From positions 1 to 35,867 of the forward strand of contig NJBI01000035.1 of the NCBI GenBank assembly GCA_005222975.1: DNA of 35,867 bases, in the 5' to 3' direction. This DNA is from Promethearchaeota archaeon Loki_b31 (GTDB lineage: Archaea; Asgardarchaeota; Lokiarchaeia; Sigyniarchaeales; SOKP01). Made by a program: the position numbers and the translations under genes. The notes under the pieces were generated by a model. The model did not search any database, was not told the DNA's origin, and was given only the letters and a program-made list of their open reading frames with translations. The first letter of the stretch is position 1. Each line of letters opens with the position of its first letter. Shown here one piece after another: positions 1-9,341 of this stretch.

Positions 1-133
1 GAATCATATCTTCGCGGAGTTTGGCTAGTTGTGCTTTAATGAAATTTATACTTTTTTGTGTAGCCTTGTTTACCTTAGTGGAAGCCAATCGTTCTTCTAA
101 TTCTTTTATTCGATCTTCGACTTTTTCGGACAT
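1..133 (-). CDS. drg: DRG/Rbg-family (OBG superfamily) GTP-binding protein, N-terminal part (runs off the window edge)
   Basis: Not in the ORF track. ATG at 133 translates as MSEKVEDRIKELEERLASTKVNKATQKSINFIKAQLAKLREDMI, matching the DRG N-terminal pattern I.E.E.E...T..NKAT......LKA.LAKLR. Confidence 0.8.
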   Translation of the reverse strand, partial: MSEKVEDRIKELEERLASTKVNKATQKSINFIKAQLAKLREDMI

Positions 134-250
134 TTTATACCTTTAAAAAAATAATAATGCAAATACAAAAAATTTTTCGAAAATATTTGCTCAAAGAGTT
201 GAATACTAAAAAGAGATAAAAGTAAAAATTAAATTAATTCTGTGAGAAAA

Positions 251-1171
251 TTAATCTGAATGTGCTGAAATTATCAAATCTGCAAAGAGAGACATATCTT
301 TTAATAATATATTTAATTTATCTTGAGATTCTCTATCTAACTCTCCTGTTTTCATTACGAGTACCGAAATAATGTATTTAAAGATATGGAGCTCAATTTC
401 CTTTCCATCCTCGTTCATCCCTTTAAATTGAGCCGAATCAGACATAAAGATGTTCTCTCTTACCGTATTACACGCATCGATGAAATCCCTTAAATCTCCA
501 CGAAGCGTCAAACCACTGCTTACACCTTGAACGTTATGGACTATGACATTTCCAGAAACATCAGAAATTATTATTTTTGCTTTAATTTCTTCTAATTGGC
601 TTTCAGCTTTTTCTACGGATTTTTTCAAATCTTTATATGACGAAATTAATATATCCCGAAAAACCTTGGCTAATTCGTCTTGTTGATAAATGCTCGTTAA
701 CATATAATCAAAATTATAATCTTTAAATATGTCCAAGAAGATTTCCTTAGCACTTTTTACGTTAGTATCAAGTAATTCTTTCTGGTAATCTTCAGTATCG
801 TATTTGTGCAAGAATAAAAAAATTTGCGGCTTCTCGTTGTTTTTACGATGTATATCCAATAATCCCTCAAAATATTCTTTTGCTTGATCGAAGGTTTTTG
901 GGTCGTGTAAATCAACGATACAAATTAATATGTCAGTGCCCTTGAAGATCTCTGGCTTTGAGAAATATTCGGCGCGGTACTGCTCTTGACCGCCAAAATC
1001 GAAAATCCCAACTTGAAGTCCAAGAAAAGGATGCCTTCGAGTTTCATAAAGTATTGTCGGGCTAAGTCTTTTTGTGTCTTCGGGCGTTTTTTCAGCAAAA
1101 GCTACGGAGTAAAGACTTGTCTTACCGCAACCGCCTAAGCCTACTAAACTTATTTTAATAGTACATTTCAC
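251..1171 (-). CDS. Rag/Gtr-like small GTPase with C-terminal roadblock/longin-like domain (eukaryotic signature protein)
   Basis: G1 GLGGCGKTS, G3 DFGGQE and G4 HKYD (HKxD is typical of Rag/Gtr). A ~115 aa C-terminal alpha/beta tail starts IIISDVSGNVI. GTG start. Confidence 0.8.
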   Translation of the reverse strand: MKCTIKISLVGLGGCGKTSLYSVAFAEKTPEDTKRLSPTILYETRRHPFLGLQVGIFDFGGQEQYRAEYFSKPEIFKGTDILICIVDLHDPKTFDQAKEYFEGLLDIHRKNNEKPQIFLFLHKYDTEDYQKELLDTNVKSAKEIFLDIFKDYNFDYMLTSIYQQDELAKVFRDILISSYKDLKKSVEKAESQLEEIKAKIIISDVSGNVIVHNVQGVSSGLTLRGDLRDFIDACNTVRENIFMSDSAQFKGMNEDGKEIELHIFKYIISVLVMKTGELDRESQDKLNILLKDMSLFADLIISAHSD

Positions 1172-1233
1172 CTTTTTTTATTATGTTATTTATAATTCTT
1201 TATTTCATTTATTTTTATTTTATTATTCTAATA

Positions 1234-2733
1234 TTATTTTTTTTCTTTAGGTGTCAATTTAAAGGTTTTTGAAAAAACTTTTCCAAACGCATCAGTTGAG
1301 GCCTCTACTAACACAGTTCCGTAAATTATTTCGTTGCTTTCAGTTTCTAAGGGATATCCTATCTCAATAGTTTCATAAGGGAATAATTCTCTAATATTAG
1401 TTATCCAAGGTTTCTTTTCAAACAATTCTTCGACTGTAGCGATTCTGATTTTGATGTCTTCTAAAAGATAACCTATAGTGTTAGTTAACGAGATTTTTAA
1501 TATTTTTTCATCTTCTTTTACATCTTTAGATACGCGCAAGAATTTTCTAGCCCCAAGCGTTTTCGTAGCAGGTTTCTCTTCTTCAGGCTTAGTCTCAATT
1601 TTCGGGCCCTCTTTCTCCATAGGATCTCTAACGATGAAGACCTTACGTTTTTGAATGTTGTATTGAGAAACTTTTTTAAGTTTAGCCAGAAACAATACTG
1701 CGTTCAAATTTATAGCGTTATAAGGTTCAATTTTAAGATATCCTTTTTTAGCAGCATCTTCCACAATCTCAGATCCAATTCCGGTTCTTGCAAATACTGT
1801 GTTTTTGTTTGTCCCACTACCTACTGAGCCAACAGAAATATCCGCATTTTCGGCGGTCAGATCTGTGCAAAAATTACAACTTGGAGCTTTATACTTATGT
1901 AATTGTTTGATGGAATATGATTTTACTGGTTCTCCCTTAGGGTCATAATATATGTGAAACTTTCCTTTACTAATATCCATTTTAACTACTTTTTTTAAGT
2001 CAATCCCATCTTTTTCGAAAAAGGGATAAAGTGCTTCTGGAGCGAAAGAATCCATACAAAACAAACCTATTTTAAGAATGTGAGCGCGCATAAAATATTT
2101 TAACATTCCCGCTGGAGAACTCATCATCTTATCTACGGCATCGATATTACAAGGCGTACCAACAAAAGCTACTGATCTATAATCTTGTCGTATAGCATCC
2201 ATTAATGCTTCGACAGTTGGAGTGTGACAGTAAATCGAACCGGAAGCTTTTATAGCGTCCTCTTTACTGGTAATTATCTGAGAAACAGGATGCCATGGAT
2301 CACTAGGATCCTTCATTGCAACGATTGCAGCATCAATTAAATGTTCCTCAAATAAATAAATTAATAAAGAGGTCACAGTTCCTCCATCTTGACCCCCTAT
2401 AACTTCTGGTATATCTGTATTCGCTACATATCCTGTCTTGAATTCTCCCATCAGTTGGATAGGGTCTGTTATAGTTCGAGGACATTGGTTATAACAGATC
2501 CCACACCCAGTGCATTTACCTATTAATTTGGGCTGCCCAGCTATAGCGTCCCACTCGAGAACTGGACAAACTGCGGCACATGTCCCGCATTCTGTGCATA
2601 TTCCTGTTCTAACTATCTCCTTCATAAGCATGCCGTAAGAATCTTTCTTTCCCTCGAGTTTCTTTTGAATAAAATCAAAAGAATAATCATATTGAGTAGT
2701 AGGTTGCTCTTTTTCCGTTTGGTTCTCAGTCAT
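1234..2733 (-). CDS. FrhB/FdhB-family (F420-binding beta subunit-like) flavo-Fe-S protein with N-terminal 2x[4Fe-4S] ferredoxin and an extra C-terminal beta-rich domain
   Basis: CTECGTCAAVCP and CTGCGICYNQCP ferredoxin motifs. FrhB motifs GQDGGTVT, VGTPC, IGLFC and CNFCTDLTAENADISVGSVG. A ~130 aa extension follows the FrhB core. Confidence 0.85.
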   Translation of the reverse strand: MTENQTEKEQPTTQYDYSFDFIQKKLEGKKDSYGMLMKEIVRTGICTECGTCAAVCPVLEWDAIAGQPKLIGKCTGCGICYNQCPRTITDPIQLMGEFKTGYVANTDIPEVIGGQDGGTVTSLLIYLFEEHLIDAAIVAMKDPSDPWHPVSQIITSKEDAIKASGSIYCHTPTVEALMDAIRQDYRSVAFVGTPCNIDAVDKMMSSPAGMLKYFMRAHILKIGLFCMDSFAPEALYPFFEKDGIDLKKVVKMDISKGKFHIYYDPKGEPVKSYSIKQLHKYKAPSCNFCTDLTAENADISVGSVGSGTNKNTVFARTGIGSEIVEDAAKKGYLKIEPYNAINLNAVLFLAKLKKVSQYNIQKRKVFIVRDPMEKEGPKIETKPEEEKPATKTLGARKFLRVSKDVKEDEKILKISLTNTIGYLLEDIKIRIATVEELFEKKPWITNIRELFPYETIEIGYPLETESNEIIYGTVLVEASTDAFGKVFSKTFKLTPKEKK

Positions 2734-2902
2734 AGTTAAGTAATCATCAAAAACTCTGTATTAGTTTAATTTATTTGTTTGTAGATCTATGTAATGGAAA
2801 TGGATTACTAATAATAAAATTTATTAAAAAAAATCGCGTGCTTTCGATAAAACAAATCTAAGATAAAATTAACGACGCAGGAGACATCGAAGATGACTTC
2901 GT

Positions 2903-4495
2903 TTATTCTATTTCAAGCTGTTCCTCTATTTTTTTTATAGCATTTGATGCATGAATGCGAACCACTCTAGGAAAATCGTTTACTCGAGAAAGTAGGGCGC
3001 CTAAAGCGTGTTTTCCTCCAAATATTTCTAAAAATTTGATTAAACCTACTTTAACTTTGAAATTTTCGTCATCGCTTCTTTTTAGGTAATCTATTATAAT
3101 TGCTACATCTTTATTTAAAGTTCTTTTTAATTCTATGTCATCATCCTTTACTTTATACCAATTTCTTTGAAAAATGTTATAGATAGCATCTATTGCTACT
3201 TTTTTTATAAGCCAGTATGATTCAGAGCTCTCTAAAACTTCTATTAGGTCGCCAATTGGTTCAATTTTTCCTATTTTTCCAAGAGCGATGATTGTGTTTT
3301 TTTTAACATCTAAATTTCTAATCTTTAATAAACTTCTTAGTGGTTTTACAAATTCCTCATTTCCAATTTCTCCCAAAATAAATGCAATACTTTCTTTGAT
3401 CGTATCGTTATCAGAATTTAAGTACGAAAATAAGGAATCGTAATTAACGTTTTTATTACTCAGATAAATCTTTTTTATTGCATCTATTATGTAAAGCTTC
3501 ATATCCAAATCGGTGTACTCGAAGCTAATATCTTCTATGTCCAATATGCCTAGCATTTCGGGAACTGCCGAGAGGTCCCCGATCTCTCCCAAAGCTTCAA
3601 TTGTAGCTATACTTACTTCGTTATAAATATTGTCTAAATTCTGTGTTAAGAAATCTACAGCATCTATTAACTTTAATTTTCCTGTAAGGGTTATAGCGTT
3701 CTTTTTGACGATAAAATCGTCGCTCAGTAATAATCTAATTACATCCTGGTTAATATCTGAGCCTAATAATTTTAGAATCGAAACCGCAGAATCCATTAAT
3801 TCAGGATCTAATTCTTTTAAAATTCGAGTAATTTCATTTAATAAAAGCTGTTTATTTTGAAACAAATTAGAGATAACTTCTGGATACTTAACTTTTAGAT
3901 AACTATTATCCTCAAAAGAAACGTTAATGCTCGACAATTCATATCCTATAAGTTTAATTATCTCTGATTTGTGTTCATTTGAGATGTTTTCGCTTTTTAA
4001 ATAACTCAACAACGATTTTATTAGAATTTCAGGTCCTATACTTAATAATTGGTTTTTGACAAAGTCTTTAATAGAATTATAATGCGAATCTAATTCATTG
4101 ATAAACAGGTTTATCTGAGGTTCTTCGAATTTTATTTTCTTTATAGCTTTCAATACAGATAATTTGACATCCATATTATCCAATTTCTGTTCCAATATCC
4201 ACATCAATGGCTTTAGAGCTTTCTCAAACCTCAATTTACCTAAAGCTTTCGCAGCTTCGCATTTAATTTCAATACCATCTTCAGATATTAAAACATTTTC
4301 TAACGTGTTAAAGCATTCTTTCTTCAGCGAGGGAACTTCCCTACTTACTAATCCTAAATATTTTACCGCTCCTTTCCTTTTACCGTAATCCTTTTCAGTT
4401 TCAACAATATCAGTTAACAATTTAACTGAATTTTCTAATCCAATTTCTTCCCTTTTCTCAAATATTTCTAGTGGTGAAGATTTCGGATCAAACAT
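2903..4495 (-). CDS. HEAT/PBS-lyase repeat protein
   Basis: Repeated units AAKALGKL, IEALGEIGD, IAFILGEIGN, IIALGKIGK. Confidence 0.85.
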   Translation of the reverse strand: MFDPKSSPLEIFEKREEIGLENSVKLLTDIVETEKDYGKRKGAVKYLGLVSREVPSLKKECFNTLENVLISEDGIEIKCEAAKALGKLRFEKALKPLMWILEQKLDNMDVKLSVLKAIKKIKFEEPQINLFINELDSHYNSIKDFVKNQLLSIGPEILIKSLLSYLKSENISNEHKSEIIKLIGYELSSINVSFEDNSYLKVKYPEVISNLFQNKQLLLNEITRILKELDPELMDSAVSILKLLGSDINQDVIRLLLSDDFIVKKNAITLTGKLKLIDAVDFLTQNLDNIYNEVSIATIEALGEIGDLSAVPEMLGILDIEDISFEYTDLDMKLYIIDAIKKIYLSNKNVNYDSLFSYLNSDNDTIKESIAFILGEIGNEEFVKPLRSLLKIRNLDVKKNTIIALGKIGKIEPIGDLIEVLESSESYWLIKKVAIDAIYNIFQRNWYKVKDDDIELKRTLNKDVAIIIDYLKRSDDENFKVKVGLIKFLEIFGGKHALGALLSRVNDFPRVVRIHASNAIKKIEEQLEIE

Positions 4496-4601
4496 AATAG
4501 AATAAGATTTAATTTTAACAAGTAAATTATTTTATTTTCTTGATTATTTACATTTTAGGTTATTAGCTTATAAAAATATTTTCAATTTAATTGAACCAAG
4601 T

Positions 4602-5282
4602 CTATATAAAATTACCAAAAAAATACTCCATAGATAGATTCCTCGCTTCTTTTAAATGACGATTTACAGCAGATTCTGATATTTTAAAATGTTTAGCTAT
4701 TTGAATTGCACTAATTTTTTTTGGTGATTTAAAAAATCCATTTTTAGCGGCGTAAGAAGCAACCTCTTGTTGTCTTTTTGTGAAATTCGGGAAAGGAATA
4801 GCGGACTTCCAAAGAGTTTCATCAACGCGATCTATTTTATCTAAATCGGTCATTCCAATGATTTTATAATTTTCTGTAAATGAGGAAATAACTTTGAATA
4901 ACTGCTTAATGTATTCATTTTGAGAAATTATATTAATTAATAGATGTTCCTGTGAAATATGAATAGGAAATAGAAAAGCCCACGGTCCAGAATCAACAAT
5001 CGGAAAAAATCCCGAAGTATTATTCTGATTCATAATGCAAATTATTTCGTTTCCAGTTTGATTTAATAAGTGAAAAGACTGTGGATTAAACTTAGTTTTA
5101 ATAAATTCTTCCAAGTTCGTAATTGTATTTGGCTTAAAACTTATTCGTTGAAGAGCAAAGAAGTGGTTTTGGTCGTACTGGAAAGCGTTTAAAATTTCAA
5201 TAAATTCAAGATTTTGCAATAAATCAGCAAATCCCACATATTCTAAAAAATTTCCCGGAATTTGTAATCGTATAATTTTCAT
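4602..5282 (-). CDS. Bat-like (HTH_10) transcriptional regulator
   Basis: C-terminal FTKRQQEVASYAAKNGFFKSPKKISAIQIAKHFKISESAVNRHLKEA is the archaeal HTH_10 signature. Divergent from the SDR gene. Confidence 0.85.
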   Translation of the reverse strand: MKIIRLQIPGNFLEYVGFADLLQNLEFIEILNAFQYDQNHFFALQRISFKPNTITNLEEFIKTKFNPQSFHLLNQTGNEIICIMNQNNTSGFFPIVDSGPWAFLFPIHISQEHLLINIISQNEYIKQLFKVISSFTENYKIIGMTDLDKIDRVDETLWKSAIPFPNFTKRQQEVASYAAKNGFFKSPKKISAIQIAKHFKISESAVNRHLKEARNLSMEYFFGNFI

Positions 5283-5345
5283 TAAATTAAAACTCTGTAC
5301 GAGTAATTTTTTCTTTAATTTGAAGTATCAATACACATTATTATA

Positions 5346-5361
5346 TGTTGCGATCGCAACA
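5346..5361. promoter_or_regulatory. Perfect 16-bp palindrome TGTTGCGATCGCAACA, candidate operator
   Basis: GC-rich perfect palindrome in the AT-rich spacer between the divergent HTH_10 regulator and SDR genes. Confidence 0.55.
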
Positions 5362-5460
5362 ATTCAACTCTTTAGTAGGTATTAATTCTTTTTTTATAGG
5401 GATTTTGTTCTATTTTTAAATTATGAAAAATTTAAATTTAAGGTTAAAGGGGAGAATTAT

Positions 5461-6606
5461 ATGAATGTTTTATTAACAGGAGCATTTGGAAATGTTGGAT
5501 TAAGTACTTTAAAAGAATTACTAAAAAAAGATTATAATGTTAGAGTATTTGAAGTATATAACCGAAAAAATAGAAAATTAGCTAAAAAATTCAAAAACAA
5601 GATTGATATTGTTTGGGGCGACCTTAGAAATAAAGACGACATGGAGAGCGCAGTTAAAAAACAAGATGTTATTATTCATTTAGCAGCCATTATTCCACCG
5701 CTAGCAGATATTAACACAAGCTTAGCTGAATCTGTAAATGTTGGAGGAACTAAAAATTTACTTAATGCGATAAAAAATCAAGCCCAAAAACCAAAATTAA
5801 TTTTTTCTTCTTCAATTGCCGTTTATGGAGATAGATTAGATAACCCAATGATTAAAACTACTGACATCCTTGCTCCAACTCGTGGAGATCATTATGCTTT
5901 GACTAAAATTACTGCGGAAAAATTGATAAGGGATTCGGGTGTAGATTTTGCAATATTTAGATTAACATTTATTGCTTCTGTAGACAAATTAAATATGGAC
6001 CCATTGATGTTCCGTATGCCTTTAGATACTTCAATCGAAATTTGTGATACTAAAGATGTCGGACTAGCGCTCGCTAACGCTGTTGAGTGTGATGAAGTAT
6101 GGGGAGATACGTTCAATCTAGCTGGCGGAGAAAGATGTAGGATAACTTATAGAGAGTACCTTAATGATATGATGGATATTTTTGGGCTAGGTCGAAATTT
6201 TTTACATGAAGAAGGATTTGCTGAAAAAGGCTTTCATTGTGGCTTTTGCGACACCCTTAAATCCGAAAACCTATTACATTACCAAAAACACACGCTTCAA
6301 GATTATTATAAAGAAGTTGAAAAAAAAGTACGAGTGAAAAGACGTTTTGTGCCAATGGTTAAATGGATAATTCGATTGAATCTCTTAAAAAAATCGGAAT
6401 TTTACCGAAGGTTTAAATTTTTTAAGAAAAAAGCTGGAGCTTTTACTATCTCGGAAAATAAATTAATTAGAAAAATCCTTTCAAACAATTTCAATAAGAT
6501 AGAACTATTAGAAAGAAAAATCGAAAAGTTAGAAGAGTTAACTTCTGAATTTGTTGAAAAAAGAAGTATATTAATATCCACAAATCAGAGTCAATCAATA
6601 AGCTAA
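5461..6606 (+). CDS. NAD-dependent epimerase/dehydratase (extended SDR) with C-terminal coiled-coil tail
   Basis: TGAFGNVG Rossmann motif, HLAA, NVGGT, SSIAVYG and YALTK (YxxxK). Confidence 0.85.
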   Translation: MNVLLTGAFGNVGLSTLKELLKKDYNVRVFEVYNRKNRKLAKKFKNKIDIVWGDLRNKDDMESAVKKQDVIIHLAAIIPPLADINTSLAESVNVGGTKNLLNAIKNQAQKPKLIFSSSIAVYGDRLDNPMIKTTDILAPTRGDHYALTKITAEKLIRDSGVDFAIFRLTFIASVDKLNMDPLMFRMPLDTSIEICDTKDVGLALANAVECDEVWGDTFNLAGGERCRITYREYLNDMMDIFGLGRNFLHEEGFAEKGFHCGFCDTLKSENLLHYQKHTLQDYYKEVEKKVRVKRRFVPMVKWIIRLNLLKKSEFYRRFKFFKKKAGAFTISENKLIRKILSNNFNKIELLERKIEKLEELTSEFVEKRSILISTNQSQSIS

Positions 6607-6824
6607 ATTTATTAATCCTCTTGATATAGACTCCTCTTCAAATACTCTTTTTATAATCAAATTTTTTATTACTATTAAAAATTTCCATAGTAAATATTTT
6701 CGGTTTGGTGCTTATTTTACTAATTGCGTTATTAAAATTAACTTATACCGTTAAATAGAAAATAATTTAATATAAATAACATAAGAAATAAAATAACCAA
6801 CAAATTAAATAAAAAAATTAAATC

Positions 6825-6856
6825 TTTCGATATTAGAAGAAGTAAATGTATCGAAA
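6825..6856. promoter_or_regulatory. Inverted repeat TTTCGATA-N16-TATCGAAA upstream of the Sec-hdrA
   Basis: 8-bp perfect arms at 6825-6832 and 6849-6856, about 60 nt before the ATG at 6918. Confidence 0.35.
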
Positions 6857-6917
6857 ATTAATTGACAACTAAATAGAAATTCAAAATTGTAAAATTTGAG
6901 GTGGAGTAAGAAAGAAA

Positions 6918-8858
6918 ATGGAAAAATCTGAAAATCATCGGATTGGATACTATGCATGCCAGTGAGGTATAAATATACGTAGTAAAGTTGATTGCGACGA
7001 GTTAGTACAGTTTGCCAAAGGTCTAGATGGTGTGGTTATTTCAAAAATTCATGCCTTTCTATGAACAGAAAGCGGTCAAAACGAGATAATCAAAGACATA
7101 GAAGAAAAAAACTTAGATTGTATTGTAGCTTCTGCTTGAACGCCTAGGACTCACGAACCAATTTATAGAGGATCGATTGCTAAGACCGCTATGAATCCTT
7201 ACTTTTTTCAAATGGTTAACGTAAGAGAACATTGCTCTTGGTGTACTGAAGATAACGAAGAAGCTTTAGAAAAAGCAAAAATCTTGGTTCATGGCGGAAT
7301 TAATAGAGCAAAATGTTTGGAAGCCGTCCCTGTTAGAACAGTTCCCGTTGAAAAAGCAACCTTAGTTGTTGGCGGAGGAATAGCTGGGATGAACGCTGCG
7401 TTAGACCTAGCCAATGGAGGGATAAAAGTTTATTTAGTCGAAAAAAATACCACGATCGGGGGAAGGATGTCTCAGTTAGATAGAACCTTCCCAACCGACG
7501 ATTGTTCGATTTGAATTTGCGGACCCAAAATGCTTGAAGTCAATCGCCACGAAAATATCGAGATTCTAAGCTATAGCGAAGTGAAAAACGTTGAAGGATA
7601 TGTAGGAAATTATAAAATCACCGTTGAGAAGAAGTCGCGTTATATAAATAACGATTGTAATGGTTGTGGTGCCTGTTCTGAAGTGTGTCCAGTATATACT
7701 TCGAACTATTTTGACGAAAATTTAGGAGTGAGAAAAGCAATAGATATAGCGTTTGGACAAGCAGTACCTTTTTTGTACGACATTAATAGAGATGTATGCG
7801 TTGAATGTTTTAGTTGTGTGGAAGCTTGTGAGTTAGATGCTATTGACTTCAGTCAAGTGCCTGAAGAAGTTATGTTTAATGTAGGAACGATAATAATCGC
7901 AACTGGATGGGATATTTACGAACCATATGGAGAATATGGATACGGAAAGTTCGAAAATGTGATTCAACAAGCCCAACTTGAAAGAATCTTAGCACCGAAT
8001 GGTCCATTAGAAGGACACGTTCATAGAATTTCGGACGCCAAAAAACCTAAGGAGATTGTGTTTATTCAATGCGTAGGAAGTCGTGACACGGAAAGACCTT
8101 ATTGTAGTGGCGTTTGTTGTATGTTATCGTTGAAAAACGGAAAATTGCTTAAAGAAGAATTTCCAGACGCGAACATTACCATCTGCTACATAGATATAAG
8201 AACGAACGAAAAAGGTTTCGAAGAATATTATCAACGAGCTAAAGATTCTGATATCAGGATGATCCGGGGAAAGGTTGGCGAAATTACTGAAGATCCAGAA
8301 ACTAAAAATGTAAATATTCGGGTTTATTCGTCTTTAACTGACGAGATCATTAAAATTAGCGCGGATCTAGTCGTTCTATCTACAGCTGCATTGCCATCAA
8401 AAGGTACGGACCAAATAGCTCAAGTATTAAACCTAGATGTCGATAGAAACGGGTTTTTAACAGAAGCTCACTTTGGATTAATGCCACAAGAGACTAAGGC
8501 TAAAGGAATTTTCATAGCTGGGTTTGCTCAAGGACCAAAAAACATTGCGTATTCGGTTTCTCAAGCAAGAGCAGCTGCAAGTAAAGTAGCTGAATTAACC
8601 GCCCCTGGAAAAATAGATATTGAATTAATAACTGCTGAGGTTTATAAAGAGCTGTGTATTTCGTGTAAAAGGTGCGAAAAAGCATGCCCTAAAAACGCTA
8701 TAAAAGTTGTTCGTGACGAAGGTGCTGTTGTAGACGAGATAAATTGCGATGGGTGCGGGATTTGCGTTACTTGTTGTCCCACTCAAGCAATAGACATTAG
8801 ATATTATCGAGATTATCAACTATTTACTGAAATTGATGGAATTTTAGAAGGAGGTTAA
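6918..8858 (+). CDS. hdrA: Heterodisulfide reductase subunit A, selenoprotein, 646 aa with 4 predicted Sec (U16, U49, U74, U199)
   Basis: One frame from ATG 6918 (GAGGTG upstream) to TAA 8856-8858, interrupted only by TGA at 6963, 7062, 7137 and 7512. Contexts are RIGYYACQUGINI, HAFLUTESGQ, VASAUTPRTHE and TFPTDDCSIUICGPKM; the paralog at 13329 has Cys at each. Also GGGIAG FAD motif, CVGSRD and YCSGVCC, and two ferredoxin domains. Joins track ORFs 7191-7514 and 7530-8858. Confidence 0.92.
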
Positions 8859-8863
8859 ACGGA

Positions 8864-9322
8864 ATGGAGAATAATTATAAAATTGTAATATTTGCTTGTC
8901 TAAAGTGAGGATATAGCGCTGCAGATTTAGCAGGAGTCTCTCGTATGAAATATACAGCATCAGTAAAGATTATTAAAGTAAGATGCACTGGAAGAGTCGA
9001 TGTAAAGCACATCTTATATAGCATAAAAGCTGGAGCTGACGGAGTTATGGTTGTTGGATGACGACCAAATGAATGTCAGTTTAAAGAAGGAAATTTTAAC
9101 GCCCAAAGACATGTTGATTTTGCTAATAGAATTTTGGAAAAGCGAGGATTCGGTAGTCGAAGAGTTAATATGTATTGGCTAAGTAGTGCTGAGGCAGAAA
9201 AGTTTGTTAAAAGCGTCGAGGATGCGTACGAAAAGGTAAAAAGATCTGGACCCAATCCGTTAAAAAGCATGGATATTAAAAAAGTAAAACAAAAAATATT
9301 AACTACTCCCATAGAAGAATGA
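8864..9322 (+). CDS. mvhD: MvhD/VhuD [2Fe-2S] subunit, selenoprotein, 152 aa with 2 predicted Sec (U15, U66)
   Basis: ATG 8864 after GGAGGT. Reads MENNYKIVIFACLKUGYSAADLAGVSR...RCTGRVD...GADGVMVVGURPNECQFKEGN, with TGA at 8906 and 9059 opposite Cys in the paralog at 20526 (CCNWCSY, TGCHIGDC). Joins track ORF 9134-9322. Confidence 0.92.
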
Positions 9323-9341
9323 ATCTTATAAAAAAAATTTA

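Noticed and set aside
2891-2899. Second SECIS at AGATGACTT
   Set aside because: It is on the non-coding strand of the flanking genes, has no opposing GA tandem, and no neighbouring gene has an in-frame TGA.
6963-7545. Bacterial-type SECIS hairpins directly after each UGA
   Set aside because: Only weak 4-5 bp AT-rich stems, with no shared structure among the six sites.
6918-9322. hdrA and mvhD as pseudogenes
   Set aside because: All six internal stops are TGA at conserved Cys positions, with no frameshifts or other stops, and a SECIS-like hairpin follows.
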